Below, piece by piece: positions 50,101 through 63,148 of a DNA stretch of 64,000 bases. This DNA comes from Haliotis rubra. Lineage: Eukaryota. The stretch lies in assembly GCF_003918875.1 (NCBI RefSeq), contig NW_025766976.1, positions 868,001 to 932,000 on the forward strand, in the 5' to 3' direction. Below the pieces are notes generated by a model. That model saw only the letters and a list, made by a program, of their open reading frames with translations, did not search any database and was not told the DNA's origin. A program made the position numbers and the translations under genes. Position 1 is the stretch's first letter. Every line of letters starts with the position of its first letter.

Positions 50101-52345
50101 TCTGCTATTGACCTTGCAATGGCACCCTATATGAGTATGATTGTCCTACTATAATATGATAATTTCAGATTTCTTCGACCTTTGTTATCCAACTTGTCAC
50201 TGCAATTAATGCTTTTAAGTCATATTAAATGAAAGACATTTTATGCAATACATACACTGTCTACATATCTAGTCCTTTTCAGCATTTGAGACCTGTATTC
50301 CATGGTCTAGTGGACGGAGCGTCTGTCCAGAGAGTGAAAGGTCGGGGTTTCTAACCCCCACTATCATGCCAAGGATTGTGGATCCCAAAACGAGCTGAAT
50401 TCGACGTTCTAGTGATTTCGACGAATGCTCAGCTCGCGCTATATCGAAGTGCACAAGCAGTTTTATCGGCAGGGCGGATGCCCAGTCAGTTGCCTTTTGT
50501 AACCAAAAATAGCAAGCGAAAATTCAGTAAGATCAGTCGTCTGCTGGTGACAGGCAATATATAATAGGAAGCCACGTGATCACAATACTCCCTCGCAGTG
50601 CGGAGCAAAAGGTATGGCTCATCGTGGAAAGGTTTCGCCGATACGATATCATCAACGCTTTTTTTGCAGGAAACTCTTGATCTTTTTGCGTGAAATAGAT
50701 GAATATGTCCTTTATCCCTCAAGGTTAGTGAAATAAAACTTTAAATGATATTAAAGATAAAAAATACGTTTTTGTCTTACATCGTCGCAAATCCCTGACA
50801 CCGGGCTACTTGTTGTTGCCCTGACTGGCCGTCCTGGTCGGAACGCCGTCGGTGCATTGTATGAGTGGGGTGTGCATGGTCAGAGGGGTAGCACTATAAT
50901 CTGGCTTGATTCCTAAGTGGTACAAGAATAAACATGCACGCTCACGGGTTTCGCTCTCTAAGCGCTCATTAAACCCATTTTACTTCACGACAGCAGTACG
51001 TAATATTGGTACTAGTTAGAGGCTGTCCCATTCCTGTAATTTAGAAGATCAGGGTTAGAATTTGTCACCATACTTGTAAGAGGCAACTAACGGGATCGGG
51101 TGGTCAGACTCGCTTACTTGTCATCGTATCCCAATTGCATAAATTGATGCTCATGTGTTTTGTCATTGGATTGTCTGGTCCAGACTCAATTATTTACATA
51201 CCGCCGCCATATAGCTGAAATATTGTGTGGCGTTAAAGGAGAGTACTAGACAATTACAATAATTTGCTGGGTGAAAGATAAAGTCATCAGAAACTTGTAC
51301 CCAAATTTAAAATGCAAAAATGGTTATTTATGTTTTAAACAGTTCCTGATATCTGAGCTCCGGCCATTATGCATATTCCGCTGGAACTCACGTGACCTTT
51401 CCGCTCGTCACGTCATATGTGACTAGCGTCCGCCATATTGCCAAAGACCAAGTGCTACAGTAATACAGATCGTGTTGTTTCTGTCGTTTTTTGTAAATGG
51501 TACGATGGTATACGGTTGCCTGGGGATGCACAGCATCATCGAACAATGGAAAGAGACACCATTTCTTCCGTTTTCCAAGTAAAAAGACGGATTTAGGTAG
51601 GAGAAATGTTCCGATCATTTTGAGTCGAGCGCATATGAAAGAGACATGCATATATGGGGTATGAATATCCAAATGCTAGGCTGAAGAAGGAATCAGTACC
51701 CACGAGCGTCATTTGTACTATATACATCATTCCATGTTACAACTTACTGTCAGTAGTATTTTTGACATAGATTAAATCAAGTCCTATTTTGATGAAATGG
51801 CATGGTGCCAGTCGAATTGCCCCAGCAAATTTGGTCAAATTGCTTCAGATTTTGGGTCGAATTGGCCCAGAGAGGTAGTCAAATTGCCCCAGTTTATTCA
51901 AAATGATTAAATATATGCTCTAAATGCATAGTTTTTATCTCCCCTTATATTATGTTCTTCATATAAAAGTGTTTACTACTAATGGAACATTTATCAGAAA
52001 TATTACTTCCAAATAACATTTATACGAAGAACGTAATATCAAAGTTGACAAAAACTATGCATTTCATGGTATATACTTAATCATTTTAAATAAATTTTAC
52101 CAAATTAGGATCAATGACCAAATTTGCTGGGGCACTTCGTAGTTGGGGCAGTACGACTGGTACCCATGAGATCAAAATCAAAATCAGTAAGAGATTTCCA
52201 GCCTATGATAAAATCCGTTCTGATTATCTCCGTAACTGTATTACAATCAGAAGTAATAATGCAGCATTTTACAAAATTGTTTCCTCATGCGATGTCTCCA
52301 TTTTAAAAATATTATCACTGTATATCCATCATGCTATTATGTTAA

Positions 52346-54883
52346 AGGTCACATAAACCCTAGGGGGTACAAATACATAAATCACTAACTGGCATCGTTA
52401 TAAATGAAACCCCGTCATTAAAACTACTCATTTCGACCTTTAATTGACTTAAATCGACCTTTTTGACAACAGTGCACAATTCTCACCCGCGAACGAAATT
52501 TCAACCAATCAGAGCGGCGCGCCTCTGTGACGTCATATGAGGAATAGCTTTGAGAGCCGATGCAGAATTCATCTACATTTTAGGCGGTAAATTATCGTGT
52601 TTACAGGCTTGTATAAACCTGAAATCGTGACAATTGTTGTGGAAAATGAAAGCTATATGTTCTCACAATCTACTGTCATTTAATTTTGTCTCCTGCTTTG
52701 CCTAGTTTCCGAGTTACAACTTGTTTTCATAGACGATTCTGTCAAAATCGATTGGTGTCGTTAGGCCCTATTTGTATAATGACTGATCCAAATTGATCCC
52801 ATTTCTGTGTTGTTTTTACCTCGATATTTAATCATGTCATGTAAAATCTGTTTGTATTCTCAAAACAGTGTCGGCCCATAAGTTTTCACATGCAATACAG
52901 CAATTAATACTCCCTCGTTGTAACCCGTGTTAGGTGGTATAAACCTACACATGTTATTTGTCATCATTCACTTGATGGTCAGTTAATGAATTTATAACAG
53001 GTATAATTAGTGGTAACACACTTAGATTACCCGACAAAGGTTCCCAGTTGGCATTTCTTGTGTCTGGAGTAAATATTCAACATTATAAACATCGATCAAA
53101 GGATTAACCGATAACACGCTGATTGATTAATTACTTTTATCTTACACAGCGGAATTGTCAAAAGGTAGTGTTTATGTATGTAGATTTACTAATCTATACT
53201 GAATACACTCTGTCGTGTGGGTGTCTGCGTAAAAACAACGTCCTTCTTTCAAAGGATTAACCGGCAATACATTGATTGATTGCCCATTATTGGCTAACTA
53301 AATTACTGTTTTTAAAGAAAGGCGGACATTATGTAATTAGTTGCCAGGTTGCTATCTTGGGTGACCAATGAGACTATACACCAATACCTGAAAAGATTTA
53401 TCACTTTTTCGTATATTAAACTGTTAAAAGACACATCATTTGGAACAGTTTTGTGGATATTGATGGATACATTCCTCGAACAAGGTAATGGCCTGATATT
53501 GTTCCTATAACTTTAATCTGTTTTAATTTTAATATTTGCATTTTGTTTTTATTCATTTGTCGTAGCATTCAACAGAATCATTGTTTTCGCCGTGAAGTGT
53601 AATGAGACAGACAACATGCACTAGGGTGTGTGTGCGAATTATGATTCACATTGGCAAACTATAAAATGTCTAGATATTACAGTTCTGTTATAAATTCACT
53701 ATAAGTATCAGCAGATCGTCAGCTTTTTATTTAGTTTCAAAATGCATACAAGTGTGATAATAAACTAATTAGGATTATAAGACCCAATATAAAGACGCAC
53801 ATTGACTAGTATCTACATACTGGTGAGTGGACATTAACCATGGGAATGTAGCAAGACATTTATCGCGCAGTATTGTGACTTCGACCCCCACCTCGCTTCC
53901 GTGGAAGAAATCGTTATGTTATAAGTTGTGTCATGCAAAATCCGTTTGGTTATGATTCCAATACATATTTAACAACGAGTAGAAAGTAGTCTTGATTTTC
54001 TAACTTGATGAAAACAAACTATAATCTCATTAATTCTAACAGATTTTTTATTTTTAAAATGGCGGCGCCCTGTCGGGAACATCCGCCAGTCTGAGGATAA
54101 ATGGTATTTAGGTTTGTTTTCACTGAGTTAAAATCAAAACTACTTTCTACTGGTAGTAAAATATGTATTTTATTGATGGCCAATAGGATTTTGCATGACA
54201 TAGCGTATATCATAACAATTTCTCTCGTGGCAGCGAGGTGGGTGTCAATATAATACTACTTACAATATTATTGTTACTTCGACCACAACCTCACTTCCGA
54301 GGAAGAAATCGTTATGTTACAAGTTGTGTCATAGAAAATCTTTATGGTCATCAATCATATGCATATTTTACTACAACTAGTAAGTAGTTTTGATTCTTTA
54401 ACTTCCGTGAAGCGATCTGAACACAAGTAAGATATCGTTTCAGGCTTCCACAACGCTCGCTTCGCACTCACAAACATAACCCATTTAGCACGAACTGCGG
54501 GATCCTGTGGAAATCTGTGCATGGGGACACCATCGCCCGACCCCTAGGAGCAATTGACGACAAAGCAACGATTCGGCATGTCGTCGTTGATGTCGAGAAA
54601 TCATAAAAATGATGAGCGTGCTACACATTTTCTATACAACTAACTGAAAATCGTTCCTCATATGACGTCACTGCAGTGCTCTGGCGACAGAGTTACGTAA
54701 CCTGTCTGTGGTTTCGTTGGCGGGCGAGAGGGAAGCAGGCGACTTTTTGGCCACTTTTAATCGCTCGGTATTAATTAACCACAAGTTTTTAAAGAATAAA
54801 TTTGGTGTTCCGCATAAGACTAACCACAAATCTTTCATATGTAATGGTTAAAAGAGTAACAAAAAACAAAGTTTAGTGGTTCT
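52346..54883. mobile_element. Kolobok-like non-autonomous DNA transposon
   Basis: TTAA on both sides, AG...CT termini with imperfect TIR (AGGTCACATAAAC / GTTTAGTGGTTCT), subterminal inverted GTGACGTCATATGAGGAA at about 52527 and 54654. Confidence 0.65.
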
Positions 54884-55892
54884 TTAAGAAAACAATTGTT
54901 ATCCTCCTAAATGAGAACCTTCCTTGTAACCGCTGTATATGGGCCGGTGGCCTTACATACAAATAGACATATTTTGACCTTTTGACCTTGAGTTCACATG
55001 AGCTTGACAATGTTTCACTATAACGTTCGTTCCGGTTTTGAGCCCTAAATGCTACAGTCTACCCGAAAAAATTACCGAATGCAACGGCAAATCATTAAGA
55101 TACTTGTTACATTCATTGTTTTCCATTTTGTCCAATTTCGGCATCAGACTCGCTATTTATCAGTAGTGTGTGCTCTAAGTTTTTCTGTATTCTCATTGGC
55201 TGACAAGATGTCATTCTAAGGTTATGACCCAGCACCATAACTATTTACATAAGCAAAAACTAGGAAAATATACATTGTCCTGACGAGTATAATAACTTTT
55301 ATAATTCCCCAGTTTTCAGGGAATAACTTATATGTGTCGCTTATATTATCTCTGCTCGACCAGGCTGTTACCCTGTGTGGAGTCTTGATACGTTATTAAT
55401 GAGAACTAGGATCCTAATTGTTTTCAACAAAATAATTCCAGTGCAATTTTTGTAACAGATAATTTCTATTTTTCCCCGTCTGAAGCATAATAATTGTTTT
55501 TTAAAATCCCAGACACCCTGCAGTCACCCATTTGACACAAAAGGAACTGCACTCACATTTCAAATAAATCTTTTCTTAGGGACTGGTCATTTATTTGAAA
55601 GTAATTTCAATTACGATGTCCGAACGTGTAGTACGGGCACTCACCGACTATATCTAAATGATTTACGAATATTTATTGAATCTCGTTCTATTGTTTAACA
55701 CACGGAAGGATTTAGGACATGAAACTCGTAGTTGGGGCGGGCTTGGAAGCGAATATTCATGTTAATACGATACACTCGCTTTCAACGCTTCCGTAACTTA
55801 ACGTTTTCGTGTTAGTATGATGCATAGGTTTTATTTGGGGATGAGGGAGTGAAACAAATCCTGTCTCAATTCAATACGATGTCTTCTGACAG

Positions 55893-55916
55893 TACTACAC
55901 AATGCAACAATGCCAG
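55893..55916 (+). CDS. 24-nt micro-exon (LHNATMP) upstream of the TM exon of a single-pass membrane protein
   Basis: cttctgacAG acceptor, GTAGGT donor, phase 1-1, in frame with the next exon; in-frame ATG at 55910; NAT sequon. Confidence 0.45.
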
Positions 55917-56121
55917 GTAGGTGCACCTTTATATACTTTTTAACCCATTGCCATGGCATTGTTGTAAAGTCATTCTGTCTCAAGAAGTCTGTCCTGGATA
56001 AAGTCTGTGTCTCAAGGGTTATTCTATCGACAGTCTCTGTGTCTCAAGACTATTCTACATAACGTCACTGTGTTTCAATGCTCTTCTGTGGATGACATTC
56101 CGCAACATCTTTCTGTTGCAG

Positions 56122-56212
56122 CAATGGATGTCACCGCCGTAGTTGGTGGATGCAGCACGGGCGTCGCCGTGATGTTGCTGGTTCTGCTTTTGGTTCTTAT
56201 TGTCCTCTGCCG
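56122..56212 (+). CDS. Transmembrane exon (AMDVTAVVGGCSTGVAVMLLVLLLVLIVLCR) of a single-pass receptor or adaptor
   Basis: ttctgttgcAG acceptor, GTAAGA donor, long hydrophobic helix preceded by a VVGG motif. Confidence 0.75.
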
Positions 56213-56763
56213 GTAAGAATGAGTGAGTGAGTGAGTTTAGGTATAACGTCTTTCTGAACAGGGCTTCATTTACATCATTGTCCTTTGTTAAAGCCTAAAG
56301 TGGTGCAACATACTGTTAGTGTATTGTCACCCAGAACACAGGGGCACTGAGCCCAAAGATCATTATCAAGGCACACGTGGGATTCAAATCCGGATCCTGC
56401 ATCAGCTGAGGGAAGTAATGGTGTGATGAGGAAACCTATACCATTAGTTTTTGTCTTGGTTAAAACTGGTAAATGAACTTCTACGTTGGTTCTTTCGTTT
56501 GAAAAGTCCCACAACTTTTGAACTGCACAATCCAGTGATTAATATTAGGAGTAAATATTTAGACTTTCATTGGCATGATAACATATTAATCAACCAAAGT
56601 CTGACCGTCCGATCCACAAACTCGCCTCTTACGACCGGAATAGGTTTTGAGGACCAATTTTACCACCACGTAATTGTTGGTTTAAAGAAACGTGAACATA
56701 GCGATTCCTTTCAAAAGACGTACTTTTTAAAGACAAGTTATCCGGTTGATTTTTGTTTTTCAG

Positions 56764-57088
56764 CAACCGATGTAGATGTTGCACACGACGACAGAGACAA
56801 ACAAAGGACATTGTCGAAGAACAGCCGGCGACAAGAGAAAGTGTCCATGAGTACATGGAACTGTTCAGCGGAGATCACTACGATCACGTCTATCTGCCAC
56901 AACCTTGCCCTGAGGTTGGAACGGACGGCTATCTCACAGCTTCTCCATCTACTGGGTGTGGTCAATATACAATGCGTAGTGACAATCAATACCAAGAAAA
57001 CGAAACAGACAACACAAAAGTTTCGACGCTCGAAAGGAAAGTATGTTTAGAAATCAAGGAACCCCAAACTGTAAATATTTACTTCTAG
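56764..57088 (+). CDS. Cytoplasmic terminal exon with a Cys/basic juxtamembrane segment and Tyr motifs (YMEL, YDHV, YLTA, YTMR, YQEN)
   Basis: ttttgtttttcAG acceptor, phase-compatible with the TM exon; open to TAG at 57086-57088 (ORF 56753..57088). Confidence 0.72.
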
Positions 57089-59204
57089 TTACTCTTGCTG
57101 TGGAACAATGCGGATGTTGGAAGTTCCTGTGCCAAGGTGTCACCATCGACAGTGATTTTATATGTTGTATATACATGTTTTCCAGCAATCATTGATGAAG
57201 ATTGTGCCTGCAGTATGGGAGTTGTGTTTGAATGCTTGTCTTTCGGGAACATTACTTGTCTGCTAGGGGCGGTGGGGGTAGCCTAGTGGTTAAAGCGTTG
57301 GCTCCTCACGCTGAAGACGCGGGTTCGATTCCCCACATGGGTACAATGTGTGAAGCACGTTTCTGGTGTCCCCCGCCGTGATGTTGCTGGAATATTGCTC
57401 AAAGCGGCCTAAAACCAAACTAACTCACTCACTCACTGTCTGCTAAGAAGAAAAATAAAGGTTTAGTTATAATTTCACGTCCTTGGTATTTATAATAATG
57501 AAACGTGTTCATATTATCACACACGGCAACCGAGATAATGTGTTGGTGGAGTTGTAAATAGAGAATGCTAACAAAAACTGTGTGATGGTTGGAAGCCTAG
57601 TGGTTAAACCGTTCGCTTGTCTCGCCGATGAGTCGATTCCCCACATGGGTACAATAAGTGAAGCCCATGTCTGGTGTCCCCGCCGTGATATTGCTGGAAT
57701 ATTGCTAAAAGCGGCGTGAAACTATACACACTCACTTACTACAAAAGCTGAAAACATCTTTTTGATTTGCTATAATTTGAGGGGTGTTTGTGCGGGTTTC
57801 TATATGGTACTACAGGTTGGCTGTAACCCGTGAAGATCCGGGTTAGAATTGATCTTCAGTAACCCATGCATGTGGTAAGAGGCGACTAACGGGATCGGGT
57901 GGTCAGGCTCGCTGACTTGGTTGACACGTGTCATCGATGCTCATGTTGTTGATCACTGGATTGTCTAGTCCAGATTCGATTATTTACAGACTGCCGCCAT
58001 ATAAATGGAATATTACTGTGTGCGGCGTTAAACATAAACAAACAAACAAAAAAACAACAAAACAAAACAAAACAATCTTGGCGCAATCTTTCGTAAAGTC
58101 GAGATATACGTATAATACGGCGAAAGAAGAAACCTCAGGAAGTTCTTTGGTTGTATTAGCCTACAGTTATTCAGATTATATTGGTCATATATGAGTAATG
58201 TGTACATAAATAATATTTGTCATATCTTCTTCCTCGTTCCTCGTTTGTTCATCCCATATGAAGGTCATCCAAATGAAGGTCATAATAAGTATCCACACAA
58301 TACTGCCTCTCAGGTTTTAAGCAAAACAATAAGTTACAGTTTGTAGAGTTATCATTTGGTGTGCATGTTTGAGCTTTCCCTCAGTTCTCATCTTTAAGCA
58401 GAAACCATTGCTACACTTTAACTAGGAGAGAACCCACATATCTTTTATACAATGAATGTATAGTTCTAGAAAATCGCATATGGTTGAAATGCAGATGTCT
58501 CTGTAGCTGGAACAATGTAAACCATAATACTTTTTCGCATCGGTAACTATGAAAGTAAACTGTAAAATAGAAAGTAAAAGATATAGTTATTCACAATGCT
58601 GTAACAGACTATGGACTTTTTAACCAAAAAACCCCAACAATTAGTCATCCTACTTTAACTATTTAAGTATGTCATTTCTGGCAAAATTAGCAATGTTCGA
58701 TTCATATCTTTGTACAGAGTGGCGTAAATCCTTATTTGCCCACCTCCATCCTACCCTACCCTCCCGTCCAATTCCACAACTCCCTGCCCACGCCATGTAC
58801 CGTTCCATACCCTATTCCATCCCACCACTACCTGGGCCACCCGATCCTACCCTCCATTGCTCCACTGATCTAATTATTACATTAGTGCCTAACGCGCACG
58901 AACAGTTATCCGGCAATTAAACAAACTTCCGCATCATGTGATAGCGCAACATGCCAAACTGAACGTCACTGACCTGTACCAAATTATACAACCTTTTGAC
59001 TGGAATCAGGGAAGTAGTTTTATATATTTGAAACTTGAAAGGGGAAGTAGTTTATTTACTTGACACTGGAAATAGTTCATATGAAGTAAATTCACATTAA
59101 TTAACTGTTGTGTTTAATGTGTGTATTCACCATGGCATGTGCTGCTATTATCAGCTTCCCAGATGTTACAAAACCCCAAGTGTACTATGTTATGTGTGAC
59201 TGCA

Positions 59205-61440
59205 ACAGACCATGCTTCCCCCCTTTACATGTGCTAAACAGTATCCAGCAGACCATGCTTCACTTCCTTTACATGTGCTAAACAGTATCCAACAGACCAT
59301 GCTTCCCTCCTTTACATGTGCTAAACAGTATCCAGCAGACCATGCTTCCCTTCCTTTACATGTGCTAAACAGTATCCAGCAGACCATGCTTCCCTTCCTT
59401 TACATGTGCTAAACAGTATCCAACAGACCATGCTTCCCTTCCTTTACATGTGCTAAACAGTATCCAACAGACCATGCTTCCCTCCTTTACATGTGCTAAA
59501 CAGTATCCAACAGACCATGCTTCCCTCCTTTACATGTGCTAAACAGTATCCAACAGACCATGCTTCCCTCCTTTACATGTGCTAAACAGTATCCAACAGA
59601 CCATGCTTCCCTCCTTTACATGTGCTAAACAGTATCCAGCAGACCATGCTTCCCTCCTTTACATGTGCTAAACAGTATCCAACAGACCATGCTTCCCTCC
59701 TTTACATGTGCTAAACAGTATCCAACAGACCATGCTTCCCTGCTTTACACGTGATAAGCAGTATCCAATAGACCATGCTTCCTCCTTTACATGTGCTAAA
59801 CAGTATCCAACAGACCATGCTTCCCTCCTTTACATGTGCTAAACAGTATCCAACAGACCATGCTTCCCTCCTTTACATGTGCTAAACAGTATCCAACAGA
59901 CCATGCTTCCCTCCTTTACATGTGCTAAACAGTATCCAACAGACCATGCTTCCCTCCTTTACATGTGCTAAACAGTATCCAACAGACCATGCTTCCCCTC
60001 CTTTACATGTGCTAAACAGTATCCAACAGACCATGCTTCCCTCCTTTACATGTGCTAAACAGTATCCAACAGACCATGCTTCCCTCCTTTACATGTGCTA
60101 AACAGTATCCAACAGACCATGCTTCACTTACACTTTACACGTGATAAGCAGTATCCAACAGACCATGCGTCACTACTTTACACGTGATAAGCATTATCCA
60201 ACAGACCACGCGTCACTACTTTACACGTGATATGCAGTATCCAACAGACCATGCTTAAACACCTTACACGTGATAAGCAGTATCCAACAGACCATGCGTC
60301 GCTACTTTACACGTGATATGCAGTATCACAAATAGACCATTCGTCACTACTTTACACGTGATATGCAGTATCCAACAGACCACGCTTCACTACTTTACAC
60401 GTGATAAGCAGTATCCAACAGACCATGCTTCCCTACTTTACACGTGATATGCAGTATCCAACAGACCATGCGTCACTACTTTACACGTGATAAGCAGTAT
60501 CCAACAGACCATGCGTCACTACTTTACACGTGATATGCAGTATCCAACAGACCATGCTTCCTACTTTACACGTGATATGCAGTATCCAACAGACCATGCG
60601 TCACTACTTTACACGTGATATGCAGTATCCAACAGACCATGCTTCCCTACTTTACACGTGATAAGCAGTATCCAACAGACCATGCTTCCACTACTTTACA
60701 CGTTACAGGCAGTATCCAACAGACCACGCTTCCCTACTTTACACGTGATAAGCAGTATCCAACAGACCACGCTTCCCTACTTTACACGTGATAAGCAGTA
60801 TCCAACAGACCACTTATCCTACTTTACACGTGATAAGCAGTATCCAACAGATCCCTCTTCCCTACTTTACACGTGATAAGCAGTATCCAACAGATCACTT
60901 ATCCCTACTTTACACGTGTTACAGGCAGTATCAACACAGACCATGCTTGCACACTTTACACGTGATAAGCGGTATCCAACAGATCACTTATCACTACTTT
61001 ACACGTGATAAGCAGTATCCAACAGATCCATGTTACAGGCGGTATCCCAGATCACTTCTACTTTACACGTGATAAGCAGTATCCAACAGATCACTTATCC
61101 CTACTTTACACGTTATAAGCAGTATCCAACAGATCACTTATCCCTACTTTACACGTGATAAGCAGTATCCAACAGACCACTTATCACTACTTTACACGTG
61201 ATAAGCAGTATCCAACAGACCATGCTTACACACCTTACACGTGATAAGCATTATCCAACAGACCACGCGTCACTACTTTACACGTGATAAGCAGTATCAA
61301 ACAGACCATGCTCACACACTTTACACGTGATAAGCAGTATCCAATAGACCATGCTTCCACATTTTGCACGTGATGGACTTTATTTGCCAAACTATGCTTC
61401 CACACTTTGCACGTGACGGACTTTACCTGACAAACTATGC
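59205..61440. repeat. 43-bp minisatellite array (about 50 copies), two sub-types
   Basis: CAGACCATGCTTCCCTCCTTTACATGTGCTAAACAGTATCCAA to about 60120, then CAGACCATGCGTCACTACTTTACACGTGATAAGCAGTATCCAA. Confidence 0.95.
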
Positions 61441-62465
61441 TTTCTGACTCTACGCGTACTAACACACAAATACACATGGAGTTATTTAGCAGCTGTTTCA
61501 TTATGTAACAGTGTTCCACGTATAATATATTGTACAAGTGAATTGTCAGCTAGGGACAGTGGTGTGCTGTGCTTAGACCTTTCATATACTTAGACTGAGC
61601 CCTACAGCCCTATGGCCTTTTCCACTATATTCTGACCTAGGGAGTTAGATAATCTTCTGAAGTGTTTTTTCTTTCTGGGTACAATGTGAAGCCCATTTCT
61701 GATGTAACCCCGCCGTGAAATTATTTGCTGGGATATTGCTAAAAGCGGCGTAAAACTACTCACTCACTCACTCACTATTTCTTTCTTATTTATATAAGGG
61801 GAGTAAACTCTTGTCTCGTATCGCACTTTACATCTCAAGCCACAAGACCAGCAGTTGGGTGTTGCCATTCTTACCTTGGTTACTCAGCTTTGAGGGGCGG
61901 TGGGGTAGTGGTTAAACCGTTCGCTCGTCACCCCAAAGACCTGGGTTCGATTCCCCACATGGGTACAATGTGTGAAGCCCCCGCCATGATATTGCTGGAA
62001 TATTGCAAAAGGCGGCATAAAATTTCGTTCACTCAAGCTCAATTACTCAGCTTTGGAAACTTGACCATTGGAACTAGCAATGAGATGAATATCGCTGTAA
62101 TCACTGTTTTTGAATTAAACTGCCTTGGAATTTGCAATGGCACTCCATTTTGTAGTATCACTGTGATGCCTTTATGGCGATTTGTGTTCATTGTAAACTT
62201 ACTTCCAGAACATAATTGTGAATTACATCCTGTCTCTTTGTCTGTTTCGCAGCTAATTCTATTACGGGCTGATTTCCGGTTAAGGTTTAGTTTTCGCTTG
62301 GGATCGACACGTGCCGTTGGATAACAAATATTACCTGCTCCCCGTTATGAAACTCCAAAAGGATGTGAACTGTAGTACTATAACAACAGTTTCAAACTGA
62401 ATTTCCTCCCATGATATAAAGGACCAAGGCGGTTTGTACTCGACACCGATTTTTTTTTACTGCAG

Positions 62466-62516
62466 GCAAAATGTCCAATAACACCACTGAAGCTAGCACT
62501 CCGGGTTCACCCACAG
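62466..62516 (+). CDS. Possible isolated 51-nt phase 1-1 exon (KMSNNTTEASTPGSPT), Ser/Thr-rich stalk-like
   Basis: Strong acceptor (T)9actgcAG and a GTTAGT donor; N-glycosylation sequons; no partner exons identified. Confidence 0.3.
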
Positions 62517-62973
62517 GTTAGTGGTACTATCTTTCCATTTGCCAGTCATATTATTGTCAAAAGAGATGCCTAGTTTTCTCGGGTGTTTGCATGTCTGAAA
62601 TATCGTAAATCAGGAATATATAACAAATGTTTGTCTCTTGGCTGATAAACCACTATGTACTCAACATGAAACTAACCAAACAAAATACGGCAGTATGTCA
62701 TTTATCGGCTGGAGGGACAGCCTGTGGTTAAAGCGTTCGCTCGTCACACCGAAGACCCGAGTTCGATTCCCCACATGGGTACAATATGAAGCATTAATCG
62801 TTCCCCAACGTTGAAACGTGCTGAAATTCTCTAAGCTGTGATGAATGTTTCTTGTTTGACACACTGGAAGCTGTTTTGATACGCTGAATGATATTATAAT
62901 TTGCTGAATGCATCTGTGATATGTTGTAATACAGTGTTCAATGTTGCTATGCGATATTAAATGTTGTTTAAAG

Positions 62974-63148
62974 CGGGGGCGGTGGGGTAGCCTAGTGGTT
63001 CAAGCGTTGGCTCGTCACGCCGAAGACCCGGGTTCGATTCCCCACATGGGCACAATGTGTAAGCCCATTTCTGGTGTCCCCCGCCGTGATATTGCTGGAA
63101 TATTGCTAAAAGCGGCGTAAAACTAAACTCAGTCAGTCAGTCAGTCAG
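62974..63148 (+). mobile_element. tRNA-derived SINE, representative full-length copy of a family with about 20 copies in the window
   Basis: tRNA-like head with a GTC anticodon-like loop; tail ...GCGGCGTAAAACTAAACTCA(GTCA)n. Other copies near 3960-4115, 7990-8165, 11015-11160, 13750-13919, 25930-26107, 32348-32572, 43855-44022, 47293-47460, 48523-48670, 49100-49445, 57266-57437, 57590-57735, 61893-62030, 63540-63705. Confidence 0.9.

Noticed and set aside
59190-61537. Repetitive ORFs and CRISPR-like periodicity
   Set aside because: Head-to-tail 43-bp satellite with no unique spacers, in eukaryotic context.
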